A DNA stretch of 64,000 nt from contig CAVWVI010000003.1 in NCBI GenBank assembly GCA_963758495.1, positions 1,280,001 to 1,344,000 on the forward strand, given 5' to 3'. The DNA comes from Oligoflexia bacterium. GTDB lineage: Bacteria; Bdellovibrionota; UBA1018. Positions 48,338 to 58,552 of the stretch are shown here, in pieces. The notes below the pieces were generated by a model that was not told the origin of the DNA, did no database searches, and saw nothing but the letters and a program-made list of their open reading frames with translations. Numbering within the stretch: position 1 is the stretch's first letter; each line of letters begins with the position of its first letter. A program made the translations under genes and the position numbers.

Positions 48338-50842
48338 ATGAATAGCTTTAGGTTCCTTAGATCTCTGGCGAATGGCTTTTTTATTTTTTTCCTATGTACT
48401 CCTTCAGCATGGGCGAGCGTCGACGGAACCATCACGGGGAGCGTCACCGATTCCCAGGGTATAGCGATCGGCAACGCTCAAATAAAACTTTTCTCTGTTC
48501 AAGGCGCTCTTGTTAAAGAGGTAACGACTTCGACAACGGGAGAGTTTTTGATTTTTCCAGTTGTTTTTGGCGACTACCAAATCAAAGTGATGATGCCCGG
48601 ATTTGCACCCTTTCAAATCGATGTTCACGTCGCCTCGGGAGCAGCCACTCAATCGGATATTCAACTTTCGCCAGAAGCCTCAAATAAGGAAATGGTTCTA
48701 GAGGTCAAAGCGAAGCGGCGTGTGGTACAAACCACCTCCTCAAATAGTAGCCAAGAAGTCACTTCCAAAGAAATTGACACACTCCCTAGAGGAAGCAACA
48801 TCACCCTTCCCCATTTGCTAGCTGCGACTCTACCTGGTGTAATTGAAGGACCCTTTGGGCAAACCTTCATTAGGGGAAACCACGCCAATATTCAATATCA
48901 AATTGATGGCGTACAACTACCGGACTCGCAGACCAATGCTTTTGGGGATGCATTCACCCCTCGTAATATCGACCACATGGAAGTCATCACCGGCGGTGTC
49001 CCTGCAGAATACGGGAATCGCCTTGCCGCGGTGGTCAATATCGTTACAAAAACTGGCCCAGAAACGCCGACGGGTGAGGCAGAACTCAACTACGGTTCCT
49101 TCAACACTACGACTCCCTGGTTGGTCTATGGGGGATCAACCGCAGATGGATCACTTCATTACTTTTTGTCCGGGCAATACTCATCTACAGACCGCGGACT
49201 GGAAACCCCCGATCCAGCAAGTGATGGAGGGGCCTGTGGAATCAATTGCGCCAATCAAGGAAGTGGAGGAACGAACCCTGTTCACGACTCAAGCCAAGGA
49301 CACAATGAGTTCCTTAAACTAGACTGGATCGCCAACAACGACAACAAACTGACCTTCATTGCTTTTAATTCATACAAATTTTTCCAAACTCCCAATTATC
49401 CTTCGAATTTTCTTTATACTGATCCGTTCTTTCAATCTGGATTCACCGATCAGTTTGGAAATTCCAATGGACCAGGAGCGGCCCCTGTTTTCAATTGGAC
49501 TCCATCCACGACCAATGACTCACAGACTCAAGACGATGCCTATGTAGAACTGGTCTGGAAACGTACTTTGTCGGAACAATCGTTCTTGCAAACAGCGCTT
49601 TATTATAAATATTCGCTGGTCCAAGTGAGCAATGACCCGACCCATGATCTAGCAGCAGCGTCACTCATTCCCCTCGCCAACCCCTCTTCACTCTATGAAG
49701 ACCGGCATATTAACAACCTAGGATTGAAGGGTGATTTCACGGATCGTCTTGATGATAGAAATCTCTTAAAAGCCGGATACCAGCTTCAGAGCGCCTACGC
49801 CGTTGGCCCGGTCAACGTGACGAGCAGTACGAACACGAGCACGACATTCCCAGTCGATCCGGCATCGGTCTCATCCATTTCAAGCGCAGACAACTCGACT
49901 GCGCTCGGATTCACGGAGAGCCTCTACGTTCAGGACGACTTCAAGATTGCCAAACCACTGATCTTGAACGCCGGCATTCGTTTTGATGCAATCCAGTATC
50001 GGTTTTTAGGAACCAGCTTAGGAACCGTGACCGATTCAGAAAACCAGTTCCAACCACGAATCGGTCTCAATTACTTCATCGGAGAAACCACGAAGCTGCA
50101 TCTCTTTTATGGGAGGCTTTTCCAGCCCGCACCTTTGGAAAACCTGAGAGATACTTTTAACACCATCAACGGGGTCGCATCGAATTCGCTGAACTTCTAT
50201 GACATTAAAGCAGAAACGGATGATTTTTATGAAGCCGGAGTTGCCCAACAGATCGGAAATCAGGTTCTAGACCTGAACGTCTACTACAAGAACGCCACGA
50301 ATATGTTAGATGATACACAGCTTTTGAATACTTCACTCGCAGCGGCTTATAACTACGCTTCGGGATTCGCCACCGGTATTGAGCTTTCTATCAAGGGCAA
50401 AATAAATGACAACTGGAGTGACTATGCAAACTATGCTTATGAAATCGCACAAGGTGAGGGCGCAAGTGGGGGTTTGTTCGCTCTTCCACCCGGCACAGTG
50501 ATTCCGCAAGGATATCTATTTCTGGATCATGTCCAGGTTCACACAGCAAATGCTGGGATTACTTATTCCACCGATCATATTCGCTGGTCCACTCAGGGCC
50601 TGTTTGGCAGTGGCCTTCGCACTGGCCCGAATAATACACTCAGTTTACCATCGCACTTTTCGTTGGATAGTAGCATCGGATACAACTTCCATGGCGATAG
50701 CTGGCTCTCAAAAGCCAAACTCTCTTTTGACGTAGTTAATATCTTTAACAACGTCTATCCTCTCACGGTCGCCAACGGATTCAACGCATCCCATTACGCT
50801 GCCGGTCGGGAGTTCTTTGTTCGTTTGTCTAAGGAACTTTGA
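48338..50842 (+). CDS. TonB-dependent receptor with N-terminal carboxypeptidase-regulatory-like domain
   Basis: GTITGSVTD, plug IRG..YQIDGV..IDHMEVITGG.PAEYG...VVNIVTK, YVQD, LNAGIRFD, NIFN, GR.F. Confidence 0.9.
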   Translation: MNSFRFLRSLANGFFIFFLCTPSAWASVDGTITGSVTDSQGIAIGNAQIKLFSVQGALVKEVTTSTTGEFLIFPVVFGDYQIKVMMPGFAPFQIDVHVASGAATQSDIQLSPEASNKEMVLEVKAKRRVVQTTSSNSSQEVTSKEIDTLPRGSNITLPHLLAATLPGVIEGPFGQTFIRGNHANIQYQIDGVQLPDSQTNAFGDAFTPRNIDHMEVITGGVPAEYGNRLAAVVNIVTKTGPETPTGEAELNYGSFNTTTPWLVYGGSTADGSLHYFLSGQYSSTDRGLETPDPASDGGACGINCANQGSGGTNPVHDSSQGHNEFLKLDWIANNDNKLTFIAFNSYKFFQTPNYPSNFLYTDPFFQSGFTDQFGNSNGPGAAPVFNWTPSTTNDSQTQDDAYVELVWKRTLSEQSFLQTALYYKYSLVQVSNDPTHDLAAASLIPLANPSSLYEDRHINNLGLKGDFTDRLDDRNLLKAGYQLQSAYAVGPVNVTSSTNTSTTFPVDPASVSSISSADNSTALGFTESLYVQDDFKIAKPLILNAGIRFDAIQYRFLGTSLGTVTDSENQFQPRIGLNYFIGETTKLHLFYGRLFQPAPLENLRDTFNTINGVASNSLNFYDIKAETDDFYEAGVAQQIGNQVLDLNVYYKNATNMLDDTQLLNTSLAAAYNYASGFATGIELSIKGKINDNWSDYANYAYEIAQGEGASGGLFALPPGTVIPQGYLFLDHVQVHTANAGITYSTDHIRWSTQGLFGSGLRTGPNNTLSLPSHFSLDSSIGYNFHGDSWLSKAKLSFDVVNIFNNVYPLTVANGFNASHYAAGREFFVRLSKEL

Positions 50843-50887
50843 AGAATACTCATTTAAATAAAGGGGGTCTGCCTAATCCTAGGCCTT

Positions 50888-50926
50888 AATGGGTAATCAC
50901 TTGATAAATGGGTAATAAATGGGTAA
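50888..50926 (+). promoter_or_regulatory. AATGGGTAA x3 direct repeats upstream of the fic gene
   Basis: Copies at 50888, 50907 and 50918, just before ATG 50936. Confidence 0.5.
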
Positions 50927-50935
50927 CTTAAGTGC

Positions 50936-51976
50936 ATGCAGTCCTTTTATCCGAAATACGTTGACCAGATACTGTTTCATCCAAGTACGGCTTGGTATCT
51001 TTCTCAATGCGGCGAAGCATTAGGAATGCAAGAGCTTTGGAAAAAGGCCCGACCGGAAATCCTAAAGAGCTTGCGTGAATCAGCAATCGTGCAGAGCACT
51101 GAATCCTCGAATCGAATCGAAGGAGTAGAAGTAGAAAAATCACGCCTCATTCCTCTAATACTGGGAAACGCAAAGCCTCGAGATCGATCTGAAGAGGAAA
51201 TATCAGGCTATCGCAAGGCATTAACTTTCATTCATAGCAAACACTCAGAAATCGAAATCACTCCTTCGCTCATCCAAAAACTCCATGAATATGCGCAAGG
51301 AGGAATGATATCAGATGCAGGGCTATGGAAGTCACGGAACAACGAGATCATCGAGATATCACCTCAAGGTGATCGGAAAATTCGGCTTACACCTGTTTCT
51401 GCAATCGACACGCCTCAGGCAGTCGAACAGCTCTGCCTAGGATATAGAGAGGTCACCCAGAACTCAAAACTTCCTGTACTCATATCTGTTGCTAACTTCG
51501 TTTTTGACTTTCTCTGTATCCACCCGTTTCGTGATGGAAATGGAAGAGTTTCCCGTATTTTGACCTTACTACTCCTTTATCAAAACGGCTACGAGATAGG
51601 TAAATACATCAGTCTAGAGAAGCTCATTGAAGACAGCAAAAGCGACTATTACCGAGTTTTAGGAGAAAGCTCGCAGGGATGGCATACGCAAAGCCATAAC
51701 CTCTTACCTTGGTGGAATTACTTTCTCTCCATTCTAAAATCGGCCCATCAAGAACTCAAACAAAGAGTCGAACTTTCGACAGAAGGAGATAATAAGAGCA
51801 CTGTCCTTCGACAAACTATCCTTACCTTTCCTGCAGCTTTTAGCGTAGCAGAGATTCAAAATCTCCATCCCACCATAGGAAGAGAATTGATCAAAAAAGT
51901 ACTTTTTAAAATGCGAGATGAAAAGCGCATCTCCCCTGTTGGCAAAGGTCGGGCCGCGAAATGGAAAGTAATATGA
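50936..51976 (+). CDS. Fic-domain protein with C-terminal winged helix
   Basis: Canonical HPFRDGNGRVSR; N-terminal SNRIEG inhibitory-type motif; G.GR...W wing. Confidence 0.92.
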   Translation: MQSFYPKYVDQILFHPSTAWYLSQCGEALGMQELWKKARPEILKSLRESAIVQSTESSNRIEGVEVEKSRLIPLILGNAKPRDRSEEEISGYRKALTFIHSKHSEIEITPSLIQKLHEYAQGGMISDAGLWKSRNNEIIEISPQGDRKIRLTPVSAIDTPQAVEQLCLGYREVTQNSKLPVLISVANFVFDFLCIHPFRDGNGRVSRILTLLLLYQNGYEIGKYISLEKLIEDSKSDYYRVLGESSQGWHTQSHNLLPWWNYFLSILKSAHQELKQRVELSTEGDNKSTVLRQTILTFPAAFSVAEIQNLHPTIGRELIKKVLFKMRDEKRISPVGKGRAAKWKVI

Positions 51977-52015
51977 TCGATCAGCGATTAAAAGATCAAC
52001 AACCAGGAGAGTGAC

Positions 52016-52090
52016 GTCAACCACCCCGTCCTAAAAGGACGAGGCTTGCAGGAAACTAAAAGCCTAGGTTAACCAGAAGACTACTAGTTA
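52016..52090 (+). mobile_element. Isolated IS200/IS605 end / IscB omegaRNA (HEARO)-like 5' module
   Basis: GTCAACCACCCCGTCCTAAAAGGACGAGGCTTG...AAGCCTAGGTTAACCAGA: closing stem GTCAACC/GGTTAAC with two inner hairpins; no associated ORF. Confidence 0.6.
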
Positions 52091-52111
52091 TCGCCCATGC
52101 TGGGCGCACAA

Positions 52112-52145
52112 ATAAAAATGCCGTTTATCTTGATGATAAACGGCA
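52112..52145 (-). terminator. Intrinsic terminator after tRNA-Gln
   Basis: TGCCGTTTATC-n5-GATAAACGGCA perfect 11-bp stem, followed by TTTTT on the minus strand. Confidence 0.8.
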
Positions 52146-52159
52146 CTGATTCTAAGAAT

Positions 52160-52234
52160 TGGCTGGGGCGCTAGGATTCGAACCTAGGAATGGCGGAATC
52201 AAAATCCGCTAGCTTACCACTTGCCGACGCCCCA
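52160..52234 (-). tRNA. tRNA-Gln(TTG)
   Basis: TGGGGCG..CGCCCCA acceptor stem, anticodon arm GCGGA-TTTTGAT-TCCGC, GGTTCGAATCC, CCA end. Confidence 0.95.
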
Positions 52235-52330
52235 ATATATAATCATGCCTAACACAGAATGCGGAGAGCGGCAACGCAAGTCGTTAACAGAATGCACTTT
52301 AAAGCCACGCTCTACTCAAAAATAGAGCTA

Positions 52331-52651
52331 CTATACCTTATCAGGTTTGTCTACCACTGGTTGAGGCGCATGGACGACATGCTGGCCACCACTCCCCTTC
52401 TTGATTTCAGTCAGGTAAGCATCCAGAATGGTTTTCTCCATGGTTGCACGAGCTGCCTGATTAAGAGGATGAGCAATATCCTTAAAAGTCCCATCCTTAC
52501 GCCGTTTACTTGGCATCGCTACAAAAAGTCCCGCCGGACCACTAATGATCTTGAGATCACGCACGACGAAACAATTGTCCAACACGATGGTAATGTAGGC
52601 TTTTAGCTTTTCCTCTTCGACTAGAAAAACTTTCACCTCTGTAATATCCAT
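52331..52651 (-). CDS. spoVG: SpoVG family protein
   Basis: ITEVKV, LKA...I.LD.CFVV.DLKII.G..GLFVAMPS, FKDIAHP. Confidence 0.92.
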   Translation of the reverse strand: MDITEVKVFLVEEEKLKAYITIVLDNCFVVRDLKIISGPAGLFVAMPSKRRKDGTFKDIAHPLNQAARATMEKTILDAYLTEIKKGSGGQHVVHAPQPVVDKPDKV

Positions 52652-52767
52652 GGCCTGTCCCTCCATGTTGTAGGCCTCAATGAAGTGTACTTTTCTATTG
52701 TAGAAGAGAGTGTCGAAGATATCAAATAAGGTTCTTTAATATATTTGCTATATTACCCTTTCGGCCA

Positions 52768-55356
52768 TTATTTCCGAGTAAACTGAAATTCTCCATTAGA
52801 AATATCTACGCTAATCACGTTCCCATTGAGATACTTTCCTGAAAGAATTTCAATAGCTAGAGGATTCTGAATGTCTCTTTGAAAGATTCGCTTCATAGGA
52901 CGGGCTCCATAATCCCGGTCATAGCCTCGTTCAGCGAGTAATTTGAGGGCTGCTGAACTCAATTCGAGCTTAAGGCCTCTCTCTTTTAGTGCCTTATTCA
53001 ATTTATCGACATATTGTTCAATAATTTTAAATAATTGGCCTGGTTCTAAGTGAGAAAAAATGACGATTTCATCAATTCTGTTCAAAAATTCAGGACGAAA
53101 GTGTTGCCTGACTAACGCCATCACTCCTTGATCTCGCAGTTCCACGTTTTTCTCTTCCAGGATGTAAGCACTTCCAATATTGGAGGTCATTATAATGATC
53201 GTATTCGTAAAATCGATGGTTCTGCCCTGCCCATCTGTTGCTCGTCCATCATCTAAAATTTGAAGAAAGATATTAAAGACATCTGGATGAGCTTTTTCGA
53301 TCTCATCCAATAAGATAACAGCATAGGGACGCCGCCGTATGGCTTCAGTCAACGCCCCTCCTTCTTCATAACCCACATACCCAGGAGGAGAACCAATCAT
53401 GCGTGCTACTGAGTGCTTTTCCATGTATTCGCTCATATCCAAACGAACCATGGCCTGCTCGTCGTCAAAGAGAAATTCTGCAAGAGCTTTTGCCGTTTCA
53501 GTCTTGCCCACCCCTGTAGGGCCTAAAAAGAGAAACGAACCCATGGGACGATGCTTTTCTTGTAAGCCCATTCTTGAGCGGCGTACCGCATGAGCCACTG
53601 CAGATAGGGCCTTTTCCTGGCCTATCACCCGTTTACCTAACCGGTCTTCCATTTGAAGCAACTTCTGTTGTTCGCCCTCTAACATTCTTGCCACAGGAAT
53701 TCCTGTCCACCTCGCAACCACTTCTGCGATATCGTTCTCTGTAACCTCTTGCCTTAAGAGAGTCGCCTTTTTTGGATCCGTTTCCTTTTTCGATAACTCC
53801 TCAAGTTCCTTCTGAAGCGCAGGCAATTGCCCATAACGGAGTTCTGCTGCTTTTTCTAAGTCGCCTCTTCTTTCTGCATTTTCAGAATCCAGTTTGATAC
53901 GCTCCAATTTTTCTTTAACCTCTTTGACCGCATTGACTTCTTTCTTTTCCTTTTCCCATTGCGTACGGAGCTGAACACTTCTCTTTTTCAACCCATCAAG
54001 CTCCTTCTCTAGATTGCCAAGACGATTCTGAGACGCCGAATCCTTTTCCTTTTTCAAAGCTTGTTTTTCAACTTCCAAGCGTAGAATTCGCCTCTCCAGT
54101 TGGTCCACCTCTTCGGGACGAGAATCAATTTCCATTCTGAGCTTTGATGCGGCTTCGTCCACTAGATCAATGGCCTTGTCTGGCAAAAATCGATCTGCAA
54201 TATATCGATGAGAAAGAGTGGCCGCCGCCACCAACGCTGAATCTCGAATGGATACACCATGATGAAGTTCATAACGCTCTGCCAACCCTCTCAAGATACT
54301 GACAGTATCCTCAACTGTAGGTTCTTTTACGTATACAGGCTGAAATCGCCTTTCAAGCGCCGCATCTTTTTCGATATGCTTTTTATATTCATCGAGTGTG
54401 GTAGCACCAATGCACTTGAGTTCTCCTCTTGCCAAAGCGGGCTTAAGCATATTAGAAGCATCCATAGCGCCTTCCGCCGCTCCAGCACCCACTAAGGTAT
54501 GAAGTTCATCAATAAATAAAATAATCTCTCCCGCTGACTCCGTAACTTCCTTTAAGACGGCTTTAAGGCGCTCCTCAAATTCACCCCGAAATTTAGCTCC
54601 CGCAATCAATGCACCGAGATCTAAAACTAAGAGATGTTTCTTTTTAAGGGTTTCAGGTACATCGCCATGGATAATTCTCTGAGCTAATCCTTCGGCAATG
54701 GCTGTTTTGCCGACACCCGGTTCGCCAATCAACACCGGATTATTTTTAGTTCGACGAGAAAGGACTTGAACCACTCGCCGAATTTCTTCATCGCGTCCAA
54801 TCACGGGATCTAATTTCTGTTTCTCAGCTAAGGCTGTTAAATCACGACAATACTTTTCTAATACTCGATATTTTCCTTCTGGTTCTGGATCTGTAATTTT
54901 TGCACCCCCCCTGACTTTACTTAGAGCTGCTAATAAGGACTCTTTTTTTAAGCCACTTTCTGTAAGAATTTTTCCCGCATCTGTCCCTTTAAGGCGCGGA
55001 GAGAGAAGCGCCAAAAGAAAATGCTCCCCCGAAACATATTCATCTCCTAATTTTTTCGCCTCATCCTCTGCCAATACAAGTACTTGATTTAATGCCGGAG
55101 AAGAGTACACATCTCCTGCCCCTCCCGTCACTTGAGGTATTCGCCTTAAATCTTCTTCCAGTCTCTTTTTTAAGGAAACGACATTTGCATTTGCCAATTG
55201 CAAGAGATTTGGAATATGAGAATCACCCTCTTTTTCAAGATTTATTAATGAGTAAAGAAGATGTGCAGGTTGTAAACTTTGATGCTCTCTACGGATTGCT
55301 TCCGCCTGAGCTTGTTGTAATGCTTCCTGTGCGCTATGAGTAAATTTTGTTGCCAT
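52768..55356 (-). CDS. clpB: ATP-dependent chaperone ClpB
   Basis: Two AAA modules ([16 protein letters not shown]), middle coiled-coil domain, GYVGYEEGG. Confidence 0.97.
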   Translation of the reverse strand: MATKFTHSAQEALQQAQAEAIRREHQSLQPAHLLYSLINLEKEGDSHIPNLLQLANANVVSLKKRLEEDLRRIPQVTGGAGDVYSSPALNQVLVLAEDEAKKLGDEYVSGEHFLLALLSPRLKGTDAGKILTESGLKKESLLAALSKVRGGAKITDPEPEGKYRVLEKYCRDLTALAEKQKLDPVIGRDEEIRRVVQVLSRRTKNNPVLIGEPGVGKTAIAEGLAQRIIHGDVPETLKKKHLLVLDLGALIAGAKFRGEFEERLKAVLKEVTESAGEIILFIDELHTLVGAGAAEGAMDASNMLKPALARGELKCIGATTLDEYKKHIEKDAALERRFQPVYVKEPTVEDTVSILRGLAERYELHHGVSIRDSALVAAATLSHRYIADRFLPDKAIDLVDEAASKLRMEIDSRPEEVDQLERRILRLEVEKQALKKEKDSASQNRLGNLEKELDGLKKRSVQLRTQWEKEKKEVNAVKEVKEKLERIKLDSENAERRGDLEKAAELRYGQLPALQKELEELSKKETDPKKATLLRQEVTENDIAEVVARWTGIPVARMLEGEQQKLLQMEDRLGKRVIGQEKALSAVAHAVRRSRMGLQEKHRPMGSFLFLGPTGVGKTETAKALAEFLFDDEQAMVRLDMSEYMEKHSVARMIGSPPGYVGYEEGGALTEAIRRRPYAVILLDEIEKAHPDVFNIFLQILDDGRATDGQGRTIDFTNTIIIMTSNIGSAYILEEKNVELRDQGVMALVRQHFRPEFLNRIDEIVIFSHLEPGQLFKIIEQYVDKLNKALKERGLKLELSSAALKLLAERGYDRDYGARPMKRIFQRDIQNPLAIEILSGKYLNGNVISVDISNGEFQFTRK

Positions 55357-55441
55357 AATGAATCTCCACACTCAAATATGAGGATGGAAATGCCTTAGTC
55401 AAACCGAAGTTTTTGACTCAGCCCTTAGCTTAAGCATCAAA

Positions 55442-56236
55442 ATGCCGCAGCCAAAATTTCCATATAAATTCTACTTTACTCAGCGTAAACTCATCTTGAT
55501 GATGTACAGAATTTGGACACTAGTTCGTTTCATTTACCTTGGAACTTGTGTATCAGCGCCATTTGTTCTTTTTGGATATTTTTCTTTTGGAATACCAGGG
55601 GCGGTGTTTGGTTTAGCAAGTGTCGTGATAGGTTTAACTACGATTGCCCTTAACTTGGAAAAAATCGTCTCAAGGGCACACCATGCCCATTCACTGATAC
55701 CCCCTGGGATCACGAGGTCACTTGAATTAGCTTCGCAGGGCCTCTGTAGTCAATTACCCATCATTCGAGTATTTGAGGACCCTACTCCAACCGCGCTTGT
55801 CGTTCGTTCTCTCGGAAAGCCTGGCACTCTCTTGTTAAGTCGAGGCTTGATCGTCCTGTTAAATGAGAAAGAGCTTCGCAATGTGATTCAAGTGGGTATT
55901 TTAAGACTTCAGACACCTGGAATCATTTTTTGTAGTTTTTGTTCCACCTTCTCCATGTGCCTATTAGCAATAGCACCGAAGCCTTGGGTTAAATTACTTT
56001 TTATGACCAAGAAGCCAACGTTGACTCAAGAAGGTCCCTTCAATCCTTTTTCAACACTCGTATTTTTGATCCTTTATCCAATAGCGCAGCTCCTTCAAAA
56101 ATGGGGAAGTGAAGCTTCAAAAAAAAGACCATTTGCTGCGGTGCAAAAACTTGAGCAAGCTATTTTATTTTGGGGCCACCGTCATAAGCCGGGCCTTTTT
56201 CCTTTATCCCTGATTGACCTCAACGGCTCACACTAA
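55442..56236 (+). CDS. HtpX/M48-like membrane protein lacking HExxH
   Basis: P.I.V.EDP.P.A..., LSRGL..LLNEKELR.VI, but QVGIL where AHELxH is expected. Confidence 0.55.
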   Translation: MPQPKFPYKFYFTQRKLILMMYRIWTLVRFIYLGTCVSAPFVLFGYFSFGIPGAVFGLASVVIGLTTIALNLEKIVSRAHHAHSLIPPGITRSLELASQGLCSQLPIIRVFEDPTPTALVVRSLGKPGTLLLSRGLIVLLNEKELRNVIQVGILRLQTPGIIFCSFCSTFSMCLLAIAPKPWVKLLFMTKKPTLTQEGPFNPFSTLVFLILYPIAQLLQKWGSEASKKRPFAAVQKLEQAILFWGHRHKPGLFPLSLIDLNGSH

Positions 56237-56283
56237 CATAGGTCCTTGTTTATCTTTCTAGATAAAGGTAAATCTTACTTGCC

Positions 56284-56562
56284 ATGCCAAAAACTACTGA
56301 CCTTCCCAAAATGGATCTAACGACATTCTTTTTATCAATATCTTCCGCTGCGTACATGGGCCTAGGATTAGTGCCCTCTCCCAATCAAGATCAACCTCAA
56401 GTCGATCTTGAATTAGCGCGACAAAATATTGACCTCCTTGAACTCATCTATGAGAAAACACGAGGGAACCGAACTCCGGAAGAAGATCGTCTTATCGAGC
56501 AGCTTTTGTTTGAAACAAGAATGAAATATATTGAAAAACAGCGGGAGCTGGGCTCAAAGTAA
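56284..56562 (+). CDS. DUF1844 family protein
   Basis: F.LSISSAA..GLG..P.P, DL.LARQ.IDLL...EKTRGN.T.EE. Confidence 0.8.
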   Translation: MPKTTDLPKMDLTTFFLSISSAAYMGLGLVPSPNQDQPQVDLELARQNIDLLELIYEKTRGNRTPEEDRLIEQLLFETRMKYIEKQRELGSK

Positions 56563-56591
56563 TTTAATGTACGAAGGGTAAGGATTTAACC

Positions 56592-58127
56592 ATGTTCAAG
56601 AAAAGACCAACTCATTTAATATCATTTTTATTCATTCTATCCAGCGGACTTTTGGTAATCAATTTGATCCCATCAAAAGCCACCCAAAGCTCAGTAGCCT
56701 TGGGGGCACCTGCCATGAGTGGGGCGGTAGATGCAAATGTGTACGTCAATTTATCTAAAAAATTACTTCCATCCGTTGTCAATATCTCTACAGTTTCAAC
56801 TGTAAAAAGCCCGTTCGTGCAAGGTAGTCCTGACGATATTTTAAGAAAATTCTTCGGTGATTTCTTTCGACAATACAATTCTGGCGAACGTGACGGAGAA
56901 GATGATGATAGCCCACAACTTCCCCCTCAAGGAAGGGGACAACGATTTCCCAAAGCGATGGCGTTGGGAACTGGATTCATTATTGATTCCTCGGGATTGA
57001 TTCTGACTAATAATCACGTTGTTGCTAATGCTGACGAAATCAAGATCTCCTTTACTGAGTCACGAGATGAGAAACCATCCGATGCAGAAGTCGTGGGACG
57101 TGATCCGGAAATTGATATTGCATTAATTAAAGTGAAGGCAAAAAAAGATTTGATTCCAGTAGCGTTAGGCGATTCAGACAATCTAGAAGTAGGTGAATAT
57201 GTCATGGCTGTTGGAAATCCATTTGGTCAGGGACATTCTGTCACTCATGGAATTATTTCCGCGAAAGGAAGAATAGCTCCCGATTTTCCTTTGGCAACTT
57301 ACTTACAAACAGATGCACCCATTAATCCTGGAAACTCAGGTGGACCTCTCGTTAATTTGAAAGGTGAAGTCATCGGCATTAATAACGCTATTGACCAAAG
57401 AGCCCAGGGAATTGGTTTTGCAATTCCAATTAGCTTAGTAAAGAAAGTTCTACCCCAGCTTCGAACGAAAGGCATCGTCGCTCGTGGTTACATTGGAGTT
57501 CTTGTAGAGACCCTCACTCCAGAATTGGCTAAGAAAATTGGCATTCCAAATGAAATGGACGGACCCATTGTGAGTCATGTTTATCCGGGTGAACCCGCTG
57601 ATAAAGCAGGGTTAAAGCCTTATGACGTCATCTTAGAATTCAACGGAAAACCAGTCCATTCAGGAAATGATTTGATCGCTGGGGTCACGGGCGTAAATGT
57701 AGGCGATGCTGCACCCATTAAAATCTCCCGTAACGGAAAAGAGAAACTCCTGACTATCAAAGTGGGCCAAAGACCCGGAGCGCAGCAATTTGCTGAGAAA
57801 GTAGAAAGCAAAAAGAAAAACAAAACAGCTCGTATCGAAACTGGAATGAGCCTTGAAGATCTTACCCCTCAAGTAGCGCAAGAATTAGGGCTATCTAATA
57901 AAATGACGGGTGTTGTTGTGAGTAATATCTCCTATGGAGGCCCTGCCGATAAAGCTGGCCTAGCCCGAGGAGATCTCATCCTTGAAGCGGACCGTAAATC
58001 TATTAAAAATGTGGATAGTTTTTATAACATCGTAAAAGAACAAAAAAGCTATTTGCTTCGCGTACGACGAACGGATCCTCAAGGCAATGAACTTTTTTCC
58101 GTGATTGTGTTGGATCTGAAGAGCTAA
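56592..58127 (+). CDS. degP: HtrA/DegP (Do) serine protease with two PDZ domains
   Basis: LTNNHV, DIAL, QTDAPINPGNSGGPL. Confidence 0.92.
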   Translation: MFKKRPTHLISFLFILSSGLLVINLIPSKATQSSVALGAPAMSGAVDANVYVNLSKKLLPSVVNISTVSTVKSPFVQGSPDDILRKFFGDFFRQYNSGERDGEDDDSPQLPPQGRGQRFPKAMALGTGFIIDSSGLILTNNHVVANADEIKISFTESRDEKPSDAEVVGRDPEIDIALIKVKAKKDLIPVALGDSDNLEVGEYVMAVGNPFGQGHSVTHGIISAKGRIAPDFPLATYLQTDAPINPGNSGGPLVNLKGEVIGINNAIDQRAQGIGFAIPISLVKKVLPQLRTKGIVARGYIGVLVETLTPELAKKIGIPNEMDGPIVSHVYPGEPADKAGLKPYDVILEFNGKPVHSGNDLIAGVTGVNVGDAAPIKISRNGKEKLLTIKVGQRPGAQQFAEKVESKKKNKTARIETGMSLEDLTPQVAQELGLSNKMTGVVVSNISYGGPADKAGLARGDLILEADRKSIKNVDSFYNIVKEQKSYLLRVRRTDPQGNELFSVIVLDLKS

Positions 58128-58153
58128 GTTGAATTGTGTGTAATTAAATTTGA

Positions 58154-58534
58154 ATGAAATGCTTCATTTTAGGCATATTTGCGTTTATAAGCGCTGCCCT
58201 TAACGGGGCAAGTACCTGGGCAGATTCTAACACCCCGCCCTGTACAATGCCCGTAGATGACAGTACGATTAGTATCAGAATTTTTGACAAATTAGCTCAT
58301 GATGAAAAACTGTTATCAATCCTGGGTCATCACGGTAGGTTAACGGGTATTTATGAAAAAACCTTCGGTTCCGAATATATTCTTACCCTAGGCGGTTTCT
58401 TAATTCTCGAAAATCAAAAATATCAAAATTGCCGAATCAATGCCAAAATAAAAATAATTTGGCCTCCTTGTACGATCGAAAATGAAGGTAAATTTGAGAT
58501 TATTGCTACTTTTGGGTTGCCGGAGTGCGCTTAG
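58154..58534 (+). CDS. Small secreted hypothetical protein
   Basis: Signal peptide ending TWA; four cysteines. Confidence 0.5.
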   Translation: MKCFILGIFAFISAALNGASTWADSNTPPCTMPVDDSTISIRIFDKLAHDEKLLSILGHHGRLTGIYEKTFGSEYILTLGGFLILENQKYQNCRINAKIKIIWPPCTIENEGKFEIIATFGLPECA

Positions 58535-58552
58535 GTCAAAAAAGAGGAAAAT

